A stretch of 63,981 nt of DNA, counting the filler, from Conidiobolus incongruus B7586 (taxonomy: Eukaryota), in NCBI GenBank assembly GCA_000697335.1. It is 13 parts of 13 records of this genome, joined end to end, with 100 filler letters (N's around TTAATTAATTAA, not from the genome) between each part and the next. Parts side by side here need not be neighbours in the genome. Positions count along the whole stretch, not along the records: positions 49,307 to 51,581 come from JNEM01006261.1; positions 51,682 to 55,269 come from JNEM01006263.1; positions 55,370 to 57,028 come from JNEM01006265.1; positions 57,129 to 59,079 come from JNEM01006266.1; positions 59,180 to 60,695 come from JNEM01006267.1; positions 60,796 to 62,436 come from JNEM01006279.1; positions 62,537 to 63,981 come from JNEM01006295.1; 6 more parts are not named here. One strand, written 5' to 3'. Each line of letters opens with the position of its first letter. Position 1 is the first letter of the stretch. Below are positions 49,306-62,777 of the stretch, one piece after another. Under the pieces are notes generated by a model. The model had not been told where the DNA came from. It searched no databases and saw nothing but the letters and a program-made list of their open reading frames with translations. The translations under genes and the position numbers were made by a program.

Positions 49306-51581
49306 NAACTTGTAAAAATAAGTTATAAATCAATAACATTTATATTTTTATTAATAACTTAATTAATATTGAATAAAATAAACCTAAATGAAATAATTAA
49401 AATCTATTATATTTATTATTAATATATATCATTAAAAGATAATATTTAGCTATTAATTAGCTAAAATATAAATCTTTAAATTTTATCTAATATGAGTTAT
49501 AAATTTATAAGTTTTTGATTATAAAAAGAATTAAAACTTAATATATCTACCTTTAGCTTTTCTAACTTCTTTAAGTTTATAGGGTATAGAATTAATTAAC
49601 TTTTTATATTAAAAAAGGTTAATCTTGTTTTATACTTTTTAAATATATTCTTAAAGCTAATTTAAATCTTTTATTATAGGGAAAGCTTTAATAGCTTCTC
49701 TTAACTAAGTATAAAAATATTTAATTAGATTGAAATTAAAAGATTAAAGAAACTATTTTATAACTATTATCTTATTATTTTAAAATTATTTAGTAATAAA
49801 AGCTATAGTATAATAAAAGGTATTATCTTACTAAAAAATAATATCAGATTTATTTATCTTATATTATGTAATAATTTTGTTTAAATTATTATTTAGAATA
49901 TTTTAATACATTTTAGTATTAATTCCCTTATTAACTTTACAAAGATATTTTACACCTAAAGATAATATATATCCTTAAATATTAATTAACTTATTATGAT
50001 ATTTTTAGGCAAAATTAATATAATAGTTACAAAGAAATTTTGTATTTTTTTTTGAAATATCTAGTTTTTCTATTATTACTTTATAATTTAAATAATGGGA
50101 ATTTTTTGTGATTGAAAAAAAATAAACATTTTAATATATAAAAAGTAAAAATAAATATATAATATAAATTAATAATTTCTTTTATTTCTAATAACTTTTT
50201 GCTATATTTTAAACAAAGATCTAACACTTAAAAAATAGTTTTTTTATTAAATACTAAAGTTTGATATTTTATAAACTAATTAGATTTTCCTATAGAAATT
50301 TTCTTTCTTGCAAGCTAGTTTTTTAATTACCTAAAACAATTATAATTACATAGGTTATTATCTAAGAAATATACTAGATATGGTAGTTTTTTCTAGTTAT
50401 TTTTAATTAGAAAGTTTTTTACAGCTTGAGATTTATGTATTTTATAATTATTATGTAAAATAATAAGTTTTCTTAAATTATATTAAGAATACTAATTAGA
50501 AATAGTTTTATTTAAAAAAGAAATATAAAGTTTACTATTAATAAATTTTCCTTTAAAAACTAAATAAGAATAACATATGCTATTATAATCTATTACTACA
50601 ATTAACATTCACTTATCAGTAAAATATTTATTTAAAGCAATTTATAGAAAAGGTTGATTTAGCTTAATCTAACCCTTTAATTTATGTTTTAATAAAGGAT
50701 TATATAAAAAAATCTAAGATTCATCAATTGTAATAAATTATTATAAAAGTTTTAGTTTCTAGTTATACCTTAATAAGTTTTGTTTAGCAATAGCTACTCT
50801 AGTTTTTTTTTAAGCTTTAGTTAAATTATAAGGTATTTATTTTATATTTTTATTCATTAATTATAATTTAAACTTTAATATATATAAAATACTTATGTAA
50901 CTAATATTAAAGTGTCTTGATAGTTTTCTAGCTGAAATAAAAAGGTGCTTTTCAATATAATTTTTTACTTTATTAATAATTAGAAGAGTAACATTTGAAA
51001 TTAATTTTTTAGATTTTAACAGGTTTTAAGTAGTTTCTCTCCTAGCTTTAAAGTAATTTACCTAGCAATAAATTGTTAATTTAGATAATACTGCATTACT
51101 CAAAGTTATTTGTAAATTTTAAATGATTTTAAAGGGTTTTTGGTTAAGTTTTACTAATACTAAAATAAAAAACTTTTGATGGTAACTATTTGGATTAAAC
51201 AAAATTAAATTAAACAATTAATTTTAAAAAATTAATTTTTTAATCAAAAGAAATATATATATATATATATATATAATTTAATGCTATTTATTTTCCTATT
51301 TGTTTTATATATATTTGCTTATTTAAAACTAATTATATGTTTGAAAAATCAAAAATTAAACAATTTCCTATTTTTTTAATTTTATAGTAATAGATTTATT
51401 AAGTTATATTTTTGTTTTATTAAACTAAATATCTTTACTTTAATTAGTTTTAATTCAATATTAATAGCAATATTTAAACTCCTATTTAACTTTATAATAG
51501 GATTTTTTTAACTTAATGTATTTTCTCTTAAAATATAAATGGTATCTATATTAATATTAAATATATATAATAGTATCAGTA
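49306..51581 (-). mobile_element. Tc1 copy interrupted by a mariner insertion
   Basis: Tc1 sequence stops at ...TCTATTA (50075) and resumes collinearly at GATTTATTAAG (51393). Confidence 0.85.
50076..51390 (-). mobile_element. Mariner (DD34D) transposon, ~1.3 kb, decayed, nested in Tc1
   Basis: TA-flanked imperfect TIRs (TTAC...GTAA); collinear with 55514-56823. Confidence 0.88.
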
Positions 51582-51681
51582 NNNNNNNNNNNNNNNNNNN
51601 NNNNNNNNNNNNNNNNNNNNNNNNNTTAATTAATTAANNNNNNNNNNNNNNNNNNNNNNNNNNNNNNNNNNNNNNNNNNNN

Positions 51682-54600
51682 TTGAATACTTGGGTGGTCC
51701 CAAGGTTCAATACCCTGAAGAAATTCCTAAGGGTATCATCAGTCGTGGTAGCTTGAGCCAACCTGGTACTGAAGTTTATGATACTGAATCTCAGGCCAGC
51801 TCCTTACCCGATGTCCAAGAGTGGCTTCACTTCCTTGCTGGTCCTAAAGAAAGCTGGTTACACGCTTTCTTGACCTCTTCCGCCTTTGTTCGCGGCAAGA
51901 GATACTTCGATAATCCCATGTCTCGTGTCTTCCGTCCTAGACCTTCTCAAAGAGTATTTATCAAATCTCATCCTGATTTCACTTTCTCTTCTTTGGCCAT
52001 TCACGATATTCACGGTGCTGAATCTCTTCCTGCCCTTGAAGTTGCTACTCAAGATGGTGAAACTATTGAATTCACTTTGTTCGAACACTTACAAGGAAAA
52101 TCCGTTCCTTTAACTTTCACCTTCAAATATCAACCCGAACACGGTTACGCTAGTATTCAAGAGATTATGGATCAACGTAATGATAAGATCAAAGAATTCT
52201 ACGGCAAACTCTGGTTTGGTGATGAATTACCCAAGGATCTTACTGCTTCTCCAGAAGCTGAATTCGTCATTCGCAGTCAAGAAGTCAAGCGTGGAGACAT
52301 CACCAAATTCTGTCAAGTTGTTGGAAATCTTGCTGAATTGTATGTCGATCGCGACCAAGATGCTCTCAATGCTCCTCTTGATTACGCTATCCGCTTAGGC
52401 TGGTTGGCTATCATTAAGACCATTTTCCCCAAGGAAATTGATGGTGATTTGCTCAAATTAGTCCATTTATCTAACGGTTTCCGTATGTTCGATAACGTTC
52501 GCCCCCTCCAAAGTGGCGATGTTGTTGACTGTGTTGCTAAGATCCTTGCTTTGACTAACACTCCCTCTGGTAAGCTCGTCAAGGTTCGCAGCGTTATCCA
52601 ACGTGATGGGGTTGATGTCATGGAAATCAACAGTCAATTCTTGTATCGTGGAAAGTTCAATGACTTTGAACATACTTTCCAAGTTGTTGAAGAAACCCCT
52701 GTTAAACTCACACTTGACTCCACTCAAAGTATTGCTGTCTTGAAGAGCAAGCCTTGGTTCAGCTGGGATCACACCGAACTCCAACCCTCTGTGGGTAATC
52801 ATTTGATCTTCAGACTTAACACTGTTGCTCGCTTCAAGTCTCAAGATGTCTTCTCCCATATCCATACTCAAGGTCAAGTTACCATGCAAGTTTCTACTAA
52901 AGAATTCGTCACCGTTGCTTCTGTCAATTTTGAAGCTTCTGACTCTCATGGTAACCCCGTTTTGGATTACTTGAAACGCTATGGTCAATCTATCGAACAA
53001 GCCCAATACTTTGAAAATGGAGGTTATTCCGTCATGCCCACTGGCTCTGAATTCTCTGCTTCTATCCGTGCTCCAAACAGCAATGCCAGTTATGCTGAAA
53101 TCTCTACCGATTATAATCCTATCCACGTCAATCCTTACATTGCTGATCTTGCTGAGTTACCTGGTACAATTACTCATGGTATGTGGACTAGTGCTGCCAC
53201 TCGTAAATTCATTGAAACTTTTGCTGCTGAGAACAAGCCATTGAGAGTTATTAGCTACGATGTTTCCTTCTTGGACATGGTCTTACCTTCTGATCAATTA
53301 GAGACTAAACTCTTCCATGTCGGTATGCAGCATGGCAGACGTATCATCAAGGTTGAGACCTTCAACCAAAACGGCGTTAAAGTCTTAGAAGGTACCGCAG
53401 AAGTTGAACAACCTACTACTGCTTACGTCTTCACCGGTCAAGGTTCTCAAGAACCTGGTATGGGTATGGCCTTATATAACTCTTCTCCAGTAGCTAAAGC
53501 CATTTGGGATGCTGCCGATAAGCACTTCCTCAAGAACTATGGTTTCTCCATCTTAGATATTGTTCGCAACAATCCTAAGGAAAAGACCATTTACTTCGGT
53601 GGTGCTCAGGGTAAAGCCATCCGTCAAAACTACATGGCCATGACTTACGATACCGTCAACGCCGAAGGTCAAACTCAGACTCTTCCTCTCTTCCCTGATA
53701 TTAATGAAAAATCTAAGTTCTACACCTTCAAATCTCCTAATGGTTTACTTTCTGCCACTCAATTCACTCAACCTGCTTTGACTTTGGTTGAAAAGGCTGC
53801 TTTTGAAGATATGTTATCCAAGGGACTCATTCAGCAAAATGCTCCCTTCGCTGGTCACTCTCTTGGTGAATATGCTGCTTTGGCCTCCATTGGTAATGTC
53901 TTGCCCATCGAAAGTTTGGTCGACTTGGTCTTCTACCGTGGTATGACTATGCAATCTGCTGTCGAGCGTGATGAACAAGGTAGATCTGACTATGGTATGG
54001 TTGCTGTCAACCCTAGCCGTATAAGCAAGTCTTTGACTGAAACTTACTTGAAGTACTTGGTTGATTCCATCTCTCACGAATGCCAAAGTCTCTTGGAAAT
54101 TGTCAACTTCAATGTTGAAAACTGGCAATATGTCGTTTCTGGTAGCTTGACCTGCTTGGATGTATTGGCCAATGTTTTGAACTATTTGAAATCTGCCAAT
54201 ATTGACTTGGCTAAGTTGATGAAGACCATGTCTGTTGATGAATTAAAGCAGCATCTGTCCAAGATTATCCACACTTGCTTGGCTAAGTCCCTCGAAAAGA
54301 AGTCTCAATACGGTTACATTACCCTCGAACGTGGTTACGCTACCATTCCCTTACCTGGTATTGATGTTCCTTTCCACTCCCGTTTCTTGCTTAGTGGCGT
54401 TGTCCCTTTCCGTAATTACATCATCAAGAAACTTAATCCTACTAACATTGATGTCAACCAATTATCTGGCAAATATATTCCCAACTTGGTTGCTGAGCCC
54501 TTCCAAGTTACTAAGGAATACTTCGAATTAATTCACAAGGTCTCCAACAGTCCTAAGATCGCTAAGGTCCTTAAGACTTGGGACGAAGATTACCAAGACA

Positions 54601-55269
54601 CTCCCGCTCATCTCCAGAAACTTGGTTACATCGCTCTTGTTGAACTTCTCACTTACCAATTCGCTTCGCCTGTCCGCTGGATTGAAACCCAAGATCAATT
54701 GTTCAAGAACTTTGGTGTTGATCGTTTGATTGAAATTGGCCCCTCACCAACTTTATGTGGTATGGCTGATCGTACTCTGAAATTCAAGTATGAAGCTTAC
54801 GACGATGCCTTGACCTTCCAACGTGTCAACCTTTGCTACTCTAGAAACGAAAAGGAAATTTACTACGCTTTCGAAAGTGAAGCTGAAGAAGCTCCAGCTG
54901 CTGAAGCTCCCAAGGTTGCTGCTCCTCCTGTTGCTGCTGCCCCCGCCCCCACCCCAGCTCCAGCTGCCACTCCCGCTCGCGCTGCTGGTCCTGTTGCTGA
55001 TGAACCACTCAAGGCTATCGATGTCTTGCATGTTGTTATTGCCCAAAAATTGAAGAAATCTCTTGCTGAAATTCCCTTATCTAAATCTATTAAAGATTTA
55101 GTTGCTGGTAAGAGTACTCTCCAAAACGAAATTTTGGGTGATTTGCAAAAGGAATTCGGAAGCAACGTCCCCGAAAAGCCTGAAGAAACTCCTTTGACTG
55201 AATTGGGTGCTTCTCTCAACAATGCCTTCTCTGGCACTCTTGGCAAACATACCACTGGTCTTGTTTCCA
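51682..55269 (+). CDS. Type I fungal fatty acid synthase, internal fragment (DH - MPT - ACP, with beta and alpha parts in one ORF)
   Basis: [14 protein letters not shown]...ITHGMW (dehydratase), FTGQGSQ and GHSLGEY (MPT), PFHS, then alpha-chain [17 protein letters not shown] and [11 protein letters not shown]. Open at both gaps. Confidence 0.97.
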
Positions 55270-55513
55270 NNNNNNNNNNNNNNNNNNNNNNNNNNNNNNN
55301 NNNNNNNNNNNNNTTAATTAATTAANNNNNNNNNNNNNNNNNNNNNNNNNNNNNNNNNNNNNNNNNNNNAATAAATTTATTTTTTATTATTAGAATTCAT
55401 ATATAAAATAAGATATTTATTTATTGTTTTTTAAAAAAATTATTTCATATAAAATCAATATTAATTTAATAATAATTATTAACAAAATTCTTGCTTTTAG
55501 TTATATTATAATA

Positions 55514-56823
55514 TTACTTTGTAATTTAAATAATGGAAATTTTTTGTGATTGAAAAAAAATAAATATTTTAATATATAAAAAGTAAAAAAAAATATATAA
55601 TATAAAATTAATAATTTCTTTTATTTCTAATAACTTTTTGCCATCCTTTTGGTAAAGATCTAATACCTAAAAAACAGTTCTTTTTATTAAAGACTGAAAT
55701 TTGATATTTTACAAATTAATTAAATTTTTTTGTAGAAATTTTCTTTCTTGCAAGTTGGTTTTTTAATTACCAAAAACAATTATAATCATATAGGTTATAA
55801 TCTGGGGAATATATTGGATATAATAGTTCTTTCCAGCTATTTTTAATTAAAATATTTTTTATAACTTTAGATCTATGTATTTTGCAATTATTATGCAAAA
55901 ATAATAAATCTTCTTAAATTATATTAAGAATACCAATTAGAAATAATTCTATTTAAAAAAAATATAAAGTTAATTATTAATTGATTTTCCTTTAGTAACT
56001 AAATAAAAATAGCATATGCTATTATAATCTATTACAATAATTAACATTTGCTTATCAATAAAATGTTTATTTAAAAGAAATTTATAAAGGGGGTTGATTT
56101 AGCTTAATCCAACATCATAATTTATATTTTGGTAAAGGATTATACAAAGGAATCTAAAATTCATCAATTAATATAATTTGCTGTAAAAGCCTTGGTTTCT
56201 GGTTATACATTAGTAAGTTTTATTTTGCAATAGCTACTCTAGCTTTTTTTTAAGTTTTAGTTAAATTATAAAGTACCCATTTTATATTTTTAATAATTAA
56301 TTTTAATTTAAACTATAATATATATAAAATACTTATGTGACTAATATTAAAGTGTCTTGATAATTCTCTAGCTAAAATAAAAAGATACTTTTCAGTATGT
56401 TTTTTTATTTTATTAATAATTAAAATAATAATAGTTAAAATTGGTTTTTTAGATTTTAGCAAGTTTTGGGTAGTTTTTCTTATAGCCTTAAAATAATTTA
56501 CCTAGTTATAAATTGTTGATTTAGATAATACTTTATTACCAAAAGCTGCTTATATATTTTAAATGATTTTAGAGGGTTTATGGTTAAGTTTTACTGATAC
56601 TAAAATAAAAAACTTTTGATAGTTATTATTTAGTTTAAATATAATTAAATTAAACAACTAATTTGAAAAAATTATTTTTTTAATCAAAAAAGTTATTATA
56701 TATATATAATTTAAAACTATTTATTTTCCTATTTGTTTGGTATATATTTTTTTATTTGAAATTAATAATATATTTGAAAAATCAGAAATTAAAAAATTTC
56801 TGATTTTTTTAATTTTATGGTAA
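55514..56823 (-). mobile_element. Mariner (DD34D) transposon, 1310 bp, decayed
   Basis: Reverse translation gives AAFGNKVLSKSTIY (HTH), KWVLYNLT (relic of WVPHEL), IDE, LHNN and YSPDYNLYD, with 34 residues from D2 to D3; GIRSLPKGWQKVI. TA flanks. Confidence 0.9.
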
Positions 56824-57949
56824 TATTTTATCTATTTATAATTATCATAATTTTTATTTTGCTTTCATAAAATCTTGAAATATTTATACTATATTTTTAT
56901 TTATCAGATTAATTTAATAGTTATATATATATAATATTTATATAAAATTAATTTTAAACTATTTTAATAATTTTAAATCAGTATAAAAAATCAATTTTTA
57001 ATTTATATTTTAATTTAATTAAAAATAANNNNNNNNNNNNNNNNNNNNNNNNNNNNNNNNNNNNNNNNNNNNTTAATTAATTAANNNNNNNNNNNNNNNN
57101 NNNNNNNNNNNNNNNNNNNNNNNNNNNNTAAATAATTTTGTTTTTAAAATAAAATTAATATATTTGGTATTAAACATCAGTTTACTAAAATATTATTTTA
57201 CAAGCAATTTAAATGTAATATATGATTTTCAAATATTTAAAATTAAGTTTTAATAATATTAAAATAAAAAACTTTTAATAGTTATATTTTGATTTAAATA
57301 TAATTAAATATAATAATAAGTTTTATAAAATTGATTTTATAATATAAAAATAATGGTAATTCAATATATATAATAAGAAAAATAAAATTTTTATTATATT
57401 TTGTATAATGGCTATTTTTAAAACTTATCAAATATTTATAAAATCATAAACTATAAAATTTTAAATCTTTTTTTTATTATATTAAAATAATAATTATTAT
57501 TAGTGTAATTTATTGAAAAACTTGTTTTTATTTAATTTCAATTATTTATATCAAATTTAATATAAAGTTTCGGCTATTTAAGTTATATATTAAATGGAAA
57601 TAATATTAAAAACATGATTATATATATTTTTTATAAAAAATTGAGTAAAAAATCTAATCAAATAAAAGCAAAAATTTAACATTGAATTTTTCATTTAATT
57701 ATAATACATAGATATAAAAATACTCTAAAATAAGATAAGTAGATATATTAATAATATTTTAAGCAATATAGTTTATTATTTTCATTTTAGAATGATATTA
57801 GTTTAAAATATGTATATTATAAACTACCATTACTTATTTTACAAAATAATCAAAAAAATTTGATATATTCAATCTATTAAGAATAATATTACAAATTAAT
57901 AATAATTTTTAAAATTCCTATAAATCATAACATAACTTATTCTTTTATA

Positions 57950-59079
57950 GATATTTAAACAATATATCTTTTTACAAAAAGGGACTTTAATATAGTTAGT
58001 TCATTAATAAACTTTTCTTGTTTTAACTTTCTTTATATTTTAACTTTATTTAATTAATTTAATAAATCTAGTAACTATTTAATATATGGTAATAGCAAAG
58101 TTATTACATTTCTCTTAATTTTTGTTTAGTTTGAGTATTTCCCTTAGACTTATATTTTGTTAATTTTTGTTTTATATTTTTGTTTTTCTTTTGTTTCTTA
58201 TTTTTACTTATCTTATTTTTTACTTTTTATATTTTAATTTTACTAATATTGTAACCTTTGATTATAACCCACTTAGAAAAATTTACTAATATTCAAGATA
58301 TAATTACTTCACAACTTTAATTTATCATATTTAAAAATTTAATTAATAAAGATAGTAATTTAAATAAACTTTTCTTTAGATTAAATTATTTGAATTAAAC
58401 TTATATACTTTAAAAGTTAATAAATCAATATTATTCTCCTTTTATTTTTTAAATACTAATTGATTTAAATTATAGTGAAACTCTTATTAAAAAGGTTTTC
58501 TATAAAAATCTAAAATAGTTTGATATTAAATACTCTTTATTTAAACTTAATATATATGAATTATTGTTTTAAGATTATTTTTAATATTGTTAGTTTAATG
58601 AAGATAATAAGATAAATATTATTGTCTTTTATTTAACAAATATTATAAAAGATTAGTAAAACAAATATAATTAAAATTATCTTAGATTATCTTCTAATGA
58701 ATAACTTATTAAATATATTACCTTTTTTAATATGTTAATTTCTTAGTTAAAATCTTATTTCTCTTTAATTGCTAATATTTTTAAAAACTTTTCAAAACTT
58801 ATTTATATAAAACAAACTAATTTTGTTAATAATTTCATTAATATTTTAAGATATATTAAGATTTAATTATTATTTATTTAAGAATATAAACATAATGTAA
58901 TCATAATATTTTTTTATAAAAAACTTAAACTATATATCACTAACTTATTAATATTGTAAATTAATATTAAACTTGATAAATTTGAAGATATATATAATAA
59001 AGCATTATTAATCAAAAACATTATATATCTTAACTAATATTCAAACTAAATTTTAAATAATTATATATATAATGTAAAA
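57950..59079 (+). mobile_element. Possible 5' part of a second decayed LTR retroelement
   Basis: AATAAA, then TA-TGGTAATAG (PBS-like, ~58087), a T-rich leader and stop-riddled coding-like sequence. No domain recognised. Confidence 0.25.
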
Positions 59080-59218
59080 NNNNNNNNNNNNNNNNNNNNN
59101 NNNNNNNNNNNNNNNNNNNNNNNTTAATTAATTAANNNNNNNNNNNNNNNNNNNNNNNNNNNNNNNNNNNNNNNNNNNNTTGATTTAATCCAAAAAAACA
59201 ATTATATATATATATATA

Positions 59219-60695
59219 TATTAACCTACAAAAATAAGTTATAAAATCAAAATTACTTATATATTTACTTATATCGTAAACAATTCTTAATTAAATAAAT
59301 TTAAATTATAATATATAATTTACCTATATTAATTAATTATAACTAATTATATTTAACTATATTCTATTAGCTATTGGTTAATATATCAAATTCTAAAATT
59401 TAACAAAAATGAGTCATAAACTTATAGGTTTATAAGTTAAAAAGGTATAAATAACAAAACTTATATATATCTTCTTTTTTTTGTTTATATTATATATATT
59501 ATAAAACTATTAAGCTAGTATTTTAAAATTAATATTATAATACTTAAATCTCTCTCTAAAAAAGTTTACTTATATATTAATCAACTTTATAATGAAAATA
59601 AATCTACTCATAAGATTATTAAAATTATTAATGCTAGCTAATCTATTATAGTAAGGGTTATTAAAAATAATATTAAAAAAACACCTAAACTAAAACTTAA
59701 GTATATTAAGATTATAAATAAATATAATGAAAAATATATTTATAGATTAGTTAATATAAGTAAGTATAATATTATTATAAAAATATAATAAAAATTACAA
59801 GACTATATAAGAATATTAGTTAATATTAATATTATTATATATATTTTATATTAAAATAGATATCACTTATATTTTAAGGAAAAACACCCCTAACTAAAGA
59901 AATCCTGCTATAAAATTAAATAGGAATTTAAATGTCAATATTAAAATTAAATTAAAACTAACTAGAGTAAGGTTATTAAATTTTATAAAATAAAGATATA
60001 TCTTAATAGATTTAATAAAAGAGTTAGATATTTCAAAAAAGATAAAAGATTACTTTATAACCATTATGTTATTATAACCTAAAAATATAATAATAGGTTA
60101 ATTATAGTTTAAGGATATATGTTATCTTTAAGTGTAAGATATCTTTATAAAGTTAATAAGGGAATTAAAATTAAGATATATTAAAGTATTTTAAACAATA
60201 AATTGAAAAAAAATTATTGAGTTATATAAGTTAAATAAATTAAATATTATTTTCTAACAAGATAATACCTTTTGTTATACTATAAATTTTACTATTAAAT
60301 AGCTTAAAAATAACAAAATAACTATTATAAAATAACCTCCTCAATCTTTTAATCTTAACCTAATTAAATATCTTTAAGATTAACTAAAAAAATTAATTAA
60401 AGTTTTCCCTCTAGCAAAAAATTTAAATGAACTTTAAAAGTATATTTAAAAAACTTAGAATAATATTAATCCTGTTTAATATAAAAAGCTAATTGACTTT
60501 ATACCTTATAAACTTAAAAAAGTTAGAAAAACAAAAGATAGATATATTAGATATTAATTTTTTTATTAATACTAAAACTTATAATTTCATAACTTATTTT
60601 AAGTATACTTTTAATTTTAATATATCAATTAATAATTAATTAAATTTAACTCTATATATTATATTATAAATAAAAAAAATATTAATTATATAGTT
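59219..60695 (+). mobile_element. Tc1 DD34E copy, near full length, decayed
   Basis: TIR relic TATTAACCTACAAAAATAAGTTATAAAATC after a TA run; reverse complement of 41526-42800. Confidence 0.88.
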
Positions 60696-60795
60696 NNNNN
60701 NNNNNNNNNNNNNNNNNNNNNNNNNNNNNNNNNNNNNNNTTAATTAATTAANNNNNNNNNNNNNNNNNNNNNNNNNNNNNNNNNNNNNNNNNNNN

Positions 60796-62436
60796 AAATT
60801 CTATAAAAGTATAATATATACTTAAGATATATTAATTAATAATAAATATATATATTTAGATATATCTAGTAAACTGTTAGCAAAAATATTAACCTTTAAT
60901 TTATAATTAAAATAAATTATAAATTTGTTTGTTTTTGAGATAAAAGGATATATTTAATAATATATAACTATATCTTTTTTTTTCTTTATTATTATTTTAT
61001 ATAATATTTTATAGATATATTAAATTTTTTAATAATTTCATTATACTTAAATCTTACTTTATAAAATTTCACTTATAGATTAATTAACTTTATAATAAAG
61101 ATGAATTAAAATATAATATTATTATAATTATTAGTATTAATTGATTAACTATAGTTAAAGTTATTAAATATAATAATAAAAACCTATTTAAACTTAAATT
61201 TAAATATGTTAAAATTATAAATATATATAATAAAGAGTATATTTATAGATAATTAATAAAAGCATATATAATATTACTATAGAAATATAATAAGAACTAT
61301 AAAACTATATTAAATTATTTATTAACACTAATATTTTTATATATACTAACTTATAAAAATTAGTCATAAAATCAAAAATATATATATTTTAATAAAATAA
61401 CTAAAACAATTGTATATATTAGGTTATTTGAAACTATAATATATAATTAAGCTATACTATTTGATGATAAATAAATAAGTTTAAATATAATTAATTAACT
61501 ATTAGAAAAAATACTAACCCTTTAATATTTAACTAGGGTGAGTTATAAATTTGCAAGTTTTTAAGATAAGAGGATATATTTAACAATTTACAACTATATC
61601 TTTTTTCTCTTTTTGATATTATTTTATATAATATTTTACAAATATATTAAAATTATTTTATTAGTATTATTATATCTAAATCCCTCTCTAAAAAAATCCA
61701 CTTATATATCAATCAACTTAATAAAAAAGATAAATCAACTTGTGATATTACTAGAATTACTAGTGTTAGCTAATTTACTATAGCTAAGATTATTAAAAAT
61801 AATAATAAAGATATATTTAAATTTAAACTTAAATATATTAAAATTATAAATAAAGATAATAAAAAATATATTTGTAAGTTAGTTAATACAAGCAAATATA
61901 ATATTATTAAAGAAATATAACAGGAATTGTGAGACTATACAAGAATATTAATTAGCACTAATATTATTATATATGTTTTATATTAGTATAGATATTACTT
62001 TTACTTTAATAAAAAACATCCCTATTTAAAAAATCTTACTACACTGACCTGCAAAAGTGAGTCATAAAATCAAAAATATATATATTTTAATTAATAACTA
62101 AAACAATTGTATATATTAGATTACTTGAAACTATAATATATAATTAAGGTATATTATTTAATAATAAATAAATATATTTAGATATATTTAGTAAACTATT
62201 AGCAAAAATATTAACCCTTAATATTTAACCAAGGTGAGTCATAAATTTGTGGGTTTTTGAGATAAGGGGATATATTTAACAATATATAACCATATCTTTT
62301 TTCTCTCTTTGCTATTATTTTATATAATATTTTACAGATATACTAAATTCTTTTTATTAGTATCATTATACCTAAATCCCTCTCTAAAAAAATCCACTTG
62401 TGCATCAATCAACTTTGTAAAGAAGGTAAATCAACT
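60796..62436 (+). mobile_element. Three serially nested Tc1 5' portions (starting before 60796, at 61344 and at 62042)
   Basis: Each copy is cut at a TA by a new TIR. The innermost TIR reads CACTGACCTGCAAAAGTGAGTCATAAAATC. Confidence 0.85.
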
Positions 62437-62535
62437 NNNNNNNNNNNNNNNNNNNNNNNNNNNNNNNNNNNNNNNNNNNNTTAATTAATTAANNNNNNNN
62501 NNNNNNNNNNNNNNNNNNNNNNNNNNNNNNNNNNN

Positions 62536-62777
62536 NTACTATTTTTACTTTTACACTATTTCTAAGATTGAGACTATATTCTGTCGATATTGTAGGATAT
62601 TGGCACTACCTAATATAAATCTTAATATATCGGTGACTCACCCTAGTTCGAAGCTTAATTAAACTTTGTTTACACTTGCACGCTACAGCCACGTTATATT
62701 ACCACGTTCTGCGCCACACTACTTTTATATTAAGTCTTCCTCTGCACTATATTAGTTTAACTACCACTACGCTTACA
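62536..62777 (+). mobile_element. Least-mutated Ty3/Gypsy LTR 3' portion, abutting Tc1 sequence
   Basis: Aligns with 48745-48988 but retains its CpGs; ends ...CGCTTACA. Confidence 0.9.

Noticed and set aside
41526..51581. Mitochondrial insertion (NUMT) or AT-rich endosymbiont DNA
   Set aside because: The AT richness is explained by mutated Tc1, mariner and Gypsy coding relics; no organellar or bacterial genes were recognised.
51858..55255. Overlapping and antisense ORFs within FAS (also in LAT1, CIA1, the lipase and 15291-15518)
   Set aside because: Shadow ORFs produced by the codon bias of the real genes; no motifs.
1592..55269. Lipid or secondary-metabolite gene cluster (P450, lipase, LAT1, FAS)
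   Set aside because: The genes are far apart, interspersed with unrelated housekeeping genes and gaps, and the FAS placement is uncertain.
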